A stretch of DNA of 64,000 bases, taken from Chrysomallon squamiferum. Lineage: Eukaryota; Animalia; Mollusca. The translations under genes were made by a program, and so were the position numbers. The stretch covers positions 21,204,001 through 21,268,000 of the forward strand of contig CM022671.1 in NCBI GenBank assembly GCA_012295275.1. The letters run 5' to 3'. Under the pieces are notes generated by a model. The model did not search any database. It saw only the letters and a list, made by a program, of their open reading frames with translations, and had not been told where the DNA came from. This document shows positions 46,359-64,000 of the stretch, piece by piece (positions within the stretch are counted from its first letter, which is position 1; the number at the start of each line of letters is the position of its first letter).

Positions 46359-49300
46359 TTTGTGTACAGTTGATTGAAGTGGGTCTACCAAAACAAGTTA
46401 CCCAGTTGTAAATTATTTTGATCAGTTTTGATCATATAAATTGGAAATAGAATTTTTTTGGAAATTGGGATTGATCCCATTATTACTCAGGTAACAGTGA
46501 AATTATAACACAAGAAGTAATGATACTGAATTTAAATGGTTTTCTTTAAAAAAAAGTTTAGAACTGGAAGATATACACTTGTATCAACAATGACAACTCC
46601 GTTTTTGTAAAATTTTCCAGAGCTGATATGTAATATAGATTAAATTTTAATCTAAAACCTGAGTCATTTTTATTTTGTGTTTGATACGTTGTTTTTAATA
46701 TTTCAGATTTACAGTACTGTGACGTCAAACATGTTGTACAGTCTGGCTGATGAAGAAACACTGAGTCACAGACTTCCTGTCACACAGATCAGATTTCGAC
46801 CTTTCTCAAATGAGGAAAAACCAGAATATGTCCACATCATTTTGGCTGCATGTAAAATATATATAGATATATTTAATTTATGGTTTTTAAAATTACTTTA
46901 TAATGAACCTAATAATTTGATGGAAAATAATAAGAAGCAATGAGTGAAATGATAAGAAGGCCAAAAAAGACAAAACAAATATATATATTAAATTGAATAA
47001 ACATAGGAATTTAATAAACTGTAAAAGAAAAAGTAAGATTGACATAAAAGTAAAATTATAAATTATAATTGAAATAAATTTTCACCAATATTTTCAAAAC
47101 TTGCTGTTTTACATCAATAATTGATAAATTCATCACATTAGTATTATATATATTTAACTGACAGATAAATGTAACTAGTAATTTTTTTAGCAACAATAAT
47201 TGTTACAATTTCTCTGTTTTGAAATGTAACAATACATCAAAAATTGTGAAGGTGAATTTAAAAGCAGTCGAGAGATTAATATTTGAATGCATTTTCCACC
47301 AGATGCATCTGGTCTTGTGAAATTCTGGCACTATACGACAGGAAAGTGTCTTCACACTATCAATGAAGTTCGCCAGACTTTGGCTTTGGCAATTAAACCC
47401 GATGGCAGACGTTTCATCACTGCTGGTGCTAACACCCAGATCTACCTGTATGACATGGAGACTAAGCAGAAGATTCAGACTTGCGAACCAAGGTACTGGA
47501 ATCTGTTACAGATTTTCATACTTTTTTAAGAAATAAATGAAATGAAAATATTTCTATTATTGTTTTATATTTAAAATGTTTATTACCTCTTATTATTATT
47601 ATTTTAAAATTTTTTTTTTTTTTTTTGGTTTGATATTATATATATAGGGATCCTATATTTTTCGAATTTAAAAAAAAAAAATTGTTGTTATTTTTTTAAA
47701 TTTAAATAGAGAACCAAACTCTGTCATAATGTTTTTTTTTCATACATTTGGAATATCAGGAAGTACATCAGAATATGTATAATATATTATAATAAACTGT
47801 ATAAATAATTAGAACAATAAAACAATAAGTATCTGAGAGCATAGCATTTCTACCTAAAGGTTCATCATCATTTATTCTGGCATGCCACATATTGTTGTTG
47901 TTTTTTCTTTGATTAATTAATTTCAGTTAAAAACTAATTTAAATATTTTGGACATAACATATTTTTATCACAGTTACAAAAATTATTTCCTAACAAATAT
48001 TTCTTCTGACACAGATACATCTAGAAGCAGTAGCAAGTTTGATTAAACACACAACATATTTGGATATTTTAATAAATAACTATAAAAAATGGTGTTTGAA
48101 TAAATGATTTAAAAAAATTAAATTTTTAATTTCAGTGATGCATTTGACATTATGAATGGACACAGGTTTCGTGTGTTTGCTGCACAGTACAATGTCATTC
48201 ACCCTAAATTGTTTGTTACTGGAGGCTGGGATGATACAGTTCAGGTAATTATATCCCATTCCAAACAGTGCCAGATCTAATCAGTGAAAGGCTACAGTAT
48301 GGACTTTGTTTTTAGTGTGAAGATGATTAACTGATCAGTTTTAATCCTTCAGTGATAGTTATTTGTATGTAAATGCAGATAATAATGTCTTTTGATGAAA
48401 GAATTAAAATAAACAATTTAATAAATCTTTAATTCCTTGAACTACAGTTTTAAAAATGTATTTTTTGCATTTAATGACTACTTTATGCTCTTGTTCTTAA
48501 TACTACTGATTATTTCTGTAACATTAAAATGAATGTTGTATGTTAATTTAGAATCTCTTATGCATCTCTGTGTGTAGAAGTACGAAACCTTGTTATAGCA
48601 TTTTTAGTTTTGACTTTTATTTTTATTTATTCTTTTCAAGAGTTCATAAATTTTTGTTACAAATGTTTTCCTTATTTTAAGAATGTTTACAATATTCATT
48701 CTTTTCTCATTGCATTAATTTATTAAGGTTATTTGTAGCCAGCAATTTTATTTTTATTTTGTAATATTCATAGGATAACATTACAGTACTCCAAGAACCA
48801 TAACTCATTTATTTTACTGATGAATATTAATTTTATTCTTAATTATAAAACTGTTTTCACATTAATATAATGTTTTTAAAATCATTATGGTAATAGAATA
48901 CATATAAAACAGCTCTGAGTTTGTGCTTGATATGCAGTAACTACATTTTTAATCTTTGTTTGTTACAGTACTGGGATGAACGGCAAGTGCATGCAGTGAA
49001 GTAAGTCTGACATTTCATTTAATTTTGTTGGTTAATAACTAATCTGTTAAGAGTTATTCCATATCAAATGCATCTCCATTTTACCATTTTAGCTTTGAAA
49101 TTTTACAGACTAGTTCAAAATAGTACAAATAACATTGTATTTATACTTAAACAAGATTTTTGTTTCCTAAGATTAGATTTACTTTCACTAGTAATTTAAA
49201 AAGACAATGTTGCAGGCAATGGGTGTATATCTAAGACAATTAAAATTATCATAACAGTGTAACTGTAAATTATATAATGTGGACACTTGAAATATATCTA

Positions 49301-51391
49301 TTATGTAAAGTGTTAGTACATTTTTAGAGCATTTAAATTTAAACTTAATTTGTTTTCTTTCGTTCTTTCTTTTTTTTTTATTATTTTTTTTTTAATAATT
49401 TAACTTTTAATTTATTTGTTGTTGTTTTTTGTGTCTATTAACAATACCAGGTTTGTAGTTAAGAATATTAGTCTTATTCCTTAAAACTATAGAAAATTTA
49501 TAATAAAAATGTACAAAATAAGGAAATTAAAATAAATACACAAAACTTTTACTGCTGCATTGACATATATATTTCTGTTTGCAGGAGATTTGTTGGACCT
49601 CATATTTGTGGTGACGCTCTTGACATTGATCCTATTCACAATCACATACTGACTGGATCCTGGAGAAAAAATGCTGTCTTACAGGTAAAAAAAACAACCC
49701 CCAAAAAACAAAAATAAAACAAAAAATCAACACTACTTTTGTAAATGTTTCTTTTCATAAATTTAACCATTTTACAACAATGTCATTTCCATCTTGCAAC
49801 AACAAAAAAAATATCTATTACACCTGAGATTTTGTTAAAATTTCCATTTATTTTGACTACTAAAGCAGTTAACATTGGAACAAGAAAAGTCACAAAGTGA
49901 AAGTCTGTAGCATTCATTAAATTTAATTTTGACTCTGTATTTCTTATGAAAATATTTTCTTGATGTTGGTTTTTTGTTTACTAATTATTATTTTTGATTT
50001 GTATAGATATTTTGAAAATTATTTGTTGTTATTTGTATTTTATTAATATTTTTGTTGTTATTATTTTGTTGTTATTGTTACTGTGATTATATATTTATTT
50101 ATTTATTTTTTTTTTAATTATTTGTTTTTTTGCTATTATAGATTTGGGATTTTCCAAAAGGGGAGAAAATTAAGGATGTTCCTCAGGACACACTGAACAC
50201 AAGTCAGGTACTGTAATATGACCAAGGAAAATAATAATTAAATGCTTAAAACATATACTAATTCAGTATATACTGGACATATTACAATAAAAAAAACCCA
50301 AAGATAAACCTTTAGAGTAGTTATAAAGTAAAATAATAATAATAATAATAAAATAAAATGAAAAAAAAAAATAAAGCCGAAATACAATAACTTAACAAAA
50401 CAACCTACTACAAAATACAGTAGAAGATTTCCTATTTTTTATAACAACAATTTATTCCATTTTTATTCAATACCTCTTATTTTAATATTGTCATTTTGAT
50501 ATTAGAACATTTCTAACTATACTGTTATTACTTTTTTCAATTTTTCTTTTAGCAAAGTAATTAAAGTATTGTTATTTTAATATCAAAACATACATTTTTT
50601 AGCTCTACTGTGCCCAGTGGATTGGCAAGGATAGCATTGTTTGTGGTGGGAATGGAGAAAATATGGCCAGAATTATTGACAGAGGAACTCTGAATGTAAT
50701 GTCTTTATATTATAAAACAGTGGCAGTAATTTTAGTTTTTTTTAAATTTCGTTTGGTGACAGACATGGTCAGAAGTCTAATGAAATACATTTTCATTAGT
50801 GTTGACTTAACAAAAAGGATTTAATTAATAAACAAACAAATGTTTTAATTCAAATGGAAATGATTATAAAAAAAGGAAAAAAAAGGAAAAACATCACAAA
50901 TAATTTAAAAGTGAAGTGTGATAAAATACACTTCTGTAATTATTATATTAAGATTTGTCTTCCAGGCATTAATTAACAAATTGTGTGCATGTATATATGT
51001 GTGTCTCTGTGTGAGCATTTATATTATTGTCATTTTGTTTGAAATAACAACTACTATACTTAATTTGTTATACATGTATCAGTTTTCTTCCACTTTATTT
51101 ACTTAATTATTGATATACTGATGGAGCAGTGGGTATAAAAATGCTTATTTTATGCAGTGTTAATTGAATTAAATTCAGTGTGTATTTTCTTTTCATTATG
51201 TACCTCTTAATGATATTTTTAATTTTTATTTATTTATTTATTTTTTTTTTTTTCAGACCACTGGTCAACTTGTTGACCTACCACAGGGTGTGTACTGCAT
51301 TGACAATGACCGGCAAGGAAACAACCCAATAATAGCCATTGGCTGTAGTCACATGATTTTCCTTGTTAGAAGCGAGAAAAGAAATGCATAA
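45614..51391 (+). CDS. WD40-repeat beta-propeller protein, copy 1 (~369 aa)
   Basis: Ten GT-AG exons: 45614-45768, 46192-46276, 46707-46851, 47303-47492, 48136-48244, 48969-49000, 49585-49684, 50142-50207, 50603-50695, 51257-51391, all in frame. WD motifs CRFSPDGKHLAVG, GHRFRVFAAQY..FVTGGWDDTVQYWD, GPHICGDALDID..ILTGSWR..LQIWD. Confidence 0.9.
45898..45956. repeat. Near-perfect palindrome/hairpin with 21-bp perfect arms
   Basis: taatattgatacaacggtata (45898-45918) pairs exactly with tataccgttgtatcaatatta (45936-45956); the spacer has further aaact/agttt pairing. Confidence 0.9.
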
Positions 51392-51415
51392 AATTAAAAT
51401 CTCAGACAGACACAC

Positions 51416-51448
<33 letters not shown>

Positions 51449-54400
51449 TATATTATACAAAAAAGTGAAAATATTATTTTATGATTTTCAGTATATAATG
51501 TTTAAAAAAAAACATTTTTTTTTATGCAGAGAACCAGAGATCTGGTGAACAAACAATTACTTTCTGTGATGTCAGTAACACCAAAGCTTTGAATTCATGT
51601 ATTTATTTATGTGTATAATTTGTAATATTCAAAAATACTTAGAAAATATATGACTGAATTTGTAATACAAACTCATGTTCTTGACAAAGTATAAAGAGGT
51701 AGGCTCAGCAGAATGAATTTTGTTATTTTAAGAAACAGCAAATTTTATTTACTGTTGCTCTTGAGCACTTAAAACCAATTGTAAGTTTATATGTCTAACT
51801 TAAATAATTCAAACAACCAACCAGTTTAGGTAATCTGTCTAACAAAATCCAAAAAACAGACTGATTTAATAAACTTGCCTAAATTTTAAAATACAAAGAT
51901 TCTGTACACTGTCAATTTTCTGAACACTGATGATCTGGAATCTTTCTTTTTTAAAAATATTTTAGATAAAATTAGGACAGGGAATTTGAAATTTCTGCAT
52001 CTGGTATATTAATTTAAAAGGTGGCCACATACATCATTTTCAGGGTATTTTTCTCCTTAAATAGTTTAAACTATAGTATTTGGCGATGAGTTCTTGTTTT
52101 TAGCAGCTGGTTCCTTATTTTGCTCAAATTTAATTCTAGCTACTGCTTCTAAAACAGAGGCATATGTCAGTGGTAATTCAACTTATTAACCAGTCTGAGT
52201 TTACTGATGCAGTCTGTACTAATCAACTTTTTTCCATTTATACCACTGTATTTGATTTAATAATTTAATTTAAAAGTTTAATTTAACTTTCTACCAGTGC
52301 TTTAAAGACAAAGAAGAAATATTTTATTTGGTCAGAGGTGTAAAATGTTGAATTACTATTACTGCGACCAATTTTAGTCCATATAAAAGGATAATTAAAA
52401 AAGTCTTTGAAACCAAGGTTCCAGAAAATTGGTGATGTACATGTATTAGTATGTTAAAGTAATATTTCTAGTCACTTTTTTAGTTTTGAAATAATGATTT
52501 TCTACAAGCTCTAGAAACAGTAACCCAGTTTGATTTGATAGCTTGTGTTCTGTAAATTAGATAGGATCATCATAACAAACTAGTACTTCAACTGTTGGCT
52601 GTCGCAAATGACACAGAGCTAGACATTAGACAAAACAAAAAAAGATATGATCTTAATAGTTCAGTTTGACATTGATATATATACATATTATATTTTAATT
52701 CTGTAATAGACAGAAAAAATCACTCACTTAAATTAACACTTTTATATTTAGTCTTTCATTTACTGATTTGGATATGGATGTTACAAAAACATAGCAACTT
52801 TCTTTTGTCATAATTTTTTTTTTTTTTAGGTATTATTATCTTTTTAAATTTTAGTTTATTTTATTTTGATATGTTAGTAATAAGATTCTAGATATTTTGC
52901 TAATACATAGGATACAGTTTTTTTTATATTTAGTCATTCATTTACTGACATGAATATTGATGTTTTTAAAAACTGCAAAAAAAGCCAAAACGAAACAAAT
53001 TTTAAATAATTTTAATAGATCAGCTATTTGAATTTGCTGTCAGTTTTTCTTAATTTTTTAAATATTTTTTTTTTATATACTTGTTATTAAATTTTTAATT
53101 TAATTTTATTTTGATAATTTAGGAATAAGATTATAGATTTTTGCTAATACTTAGGTATATTAATATTTTCCAACTGCTGTCAGTGTATACTTTATGTACC
53201 AACTTACTGACAATGTTTAGTAAGTTGTTTGTAAATATTTATAATTTATTTTTACAACCATTTTAAAAGCTGTGCTTTGTGATATATTATTTGTGGATGA
53301 ATAACAACCTATGGAATTTTGTTTTCACTTTATTTTGATTATTTATTAATGTTTAATAATAATAATAATAATAACAACAACAAATATAATAATAATAATT
53401 ATTATTATTATTATCATTATATCTTGTATTTATTTATTTATTTTATATTTATTTAATTTTTAATTTTTTTTTTAAGAAAGAAAGAAATATTATGATTAGA
53501 ATTTAATTAACCTAAAAAAAACTTTTGTAAATTTTATTATTTATTTATTTATTTATATTTTTTTTTTTTATTTATTGTATTTTTTTTTTTTTTAAGAATT
53601 AAATATTGTTAACAAAATCTGATTCATTGTTATTACATCCATATCAAATGTCTGCAGTTCCTCTGATTATTTAATGTGATGTTACAGATGACTACTGAAG
53701 ATAATCCTGAAGAAAGAACTGACTTGCCCGAATTACATCCATATATTAATATCTACGAGTGCCTAATTAATTTATACCAATCATCCGACAGCCGTCCATT
53801 GTATTTACTTATTTTGATACTTTGTTATTATTTGTATTGTTGTTTCTTGTTTTTGAATTTTTATATTCTTTTATATTAATGTTTAAATGTTTGTTTTACC
53901 AAAAAATACAATTATCTTGAAATAAACGAAGATTTTGTGTATTGAAAAATGTCCTGAACATTCCAGTTAAGGTGATAAATTGTGTGTGGCTTTATCCTTT
54001 GTTTTTACATAATCTTTAGATAATCAGTATTTTCTTATTATTCATCTCTTTCATTCCACCTTTTCACATAGTAATCATTTTACTGAAAACTTTATCTGTA
54101 TCTACAAATACAATGCAACAAAAGTATATAAAAAAAAAAAAATAAAAAAATAATAATAGAAAAAATTAAAATTAAATTTAGAAAATCTGTAGAAAGTAAT
54201 GGTAATATTTAAGACTTCCTGGACAGTTATTCAAAAATTATTTTTAACTAGTACGAAAGTGGAACTGTCTTGCATTTTATGTTCAAATAATGGAAAAAAA
54301 ATTTGGTTTTTGTTTCTTCCCCGTTTCAATCTCGAATTCTTATTTATTATTCTTCTCATCTTTTTTAAAATTATTTTTAAAACAAGTTATTAAAAATAGT

Positions 54401-54991
54401 CGTTGATGCTTTTAAACTGACAATATAAAGTCATCTTGAAATTAAAAAAAAAAAAAAATTAAGACGTGCGTTTATTTATTTTATTTCAGTTCAACATTAT
54501 TTGTAATAATTAATTTTGTTATATTTATTTATTTATTTTATTTATTTATCAGTTTTATGAATGCATATCACAGATGTTTGTATGAAATACCATGCTGCAA
54601 CCATGTTGGTTGCATTTGTATTAATTATCAAGTATTTCACTGTTCTTTTTCACGTAATTTGGTGTGTAGTTTCAATAAAAATAAAAATAAATTATAACTG
54701 AAGTGATATTTTTACTATTTTTATAACAAATTATCAATTATTTTATAACTACTGTATTCCTCTTAGTAATAAAGATCACACGAATTCTGAATTAAAATTT
54801 GTAATTTGTACGAGAGTGCATTATTAATACAGTCGCAACGATAAATTGTTTTTAATCATAAAAAAAAAATATATATATATATATTTGAAAATTATTTGTA
54901 TCAAAATATTGTGTCATGTTAAAAAGGGAGCCACGTTATTATTGTTTTATTTTTAATTAACAAAAGGACATCCTCTCGCGTTAATGAAATA

Positions 54992-54999
54992 TGACGTCA
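54992..54999. promoter_or_regulatory. Palindromic CRE (TGACGTCA) upstream of WD40 copy 2, next to an ETS-like TTTCCGG
   Basis: ~190 bp upstream of ATG 55185, at the start of a CpG-richer segment. Confidence 0.45.
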
Positions 55000-55184
55000 T
55001 TTGAGTGGTCCATTTCCGGTATATCTAATCGAGCAATATCTAGAAACATCAGTAACGTTGACAAGAGTGATTTTTAAAATAAGCGATAAAAAACTGAATA
55101 TATGTATTAATGTGGATTACTGTGGAGAAAACGGAATCGTGCACAAAGACGCAATCTGAAAACTGAAAGAAATCTATAGAAAAA

Positions 55185-64000
<8,816 letters not shown>

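Overview
AT-rich, microsatellite-dense animal genomic DNA with spliced GT-AG genes; probably lophotrochozoan/mollusc, but the taxon is only an inference. In order: (1) four tandem minus-strand, 4-exon F-box/LRR (FBXO39-like) paralogs at 1.6-17.4 kb, two carrying single 1-bp frameshifts in short homopolymers; (2) a 10-exon minus-strand RNF215-like PA-TM-RING-H2 E3 ligase at 20.2-27.0 kb; (3) a class A GPCR with a single coding exon and non-canonical TRY and NCxxY motifs at 31.7-32.7 kb; (4) a decayed Ty3/Gypsy pol relic at 35.8-36.7 kb; (5) a 3-exon MADF/BESS-like gene at 41.8-44.0 kb; (6) two tandem 10-exon WD40 paralogs at 45.6-51.4 kb and 55.2 kb to the window end. Extra structure includes a positionally conserved CRE-like motif upstream of all four F-box paralogs (also upstream of the second WD40 copy), a ~0.9 kb element bounded by long inverted repeats next to one F-box promoter, a near-perfect 59-nt intronic hairpin, and a CpG contrast between the two WD40 copies. 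Exon boundaries were read and translated by hand; no database searches were run, so family calls rest on recognised motifs.
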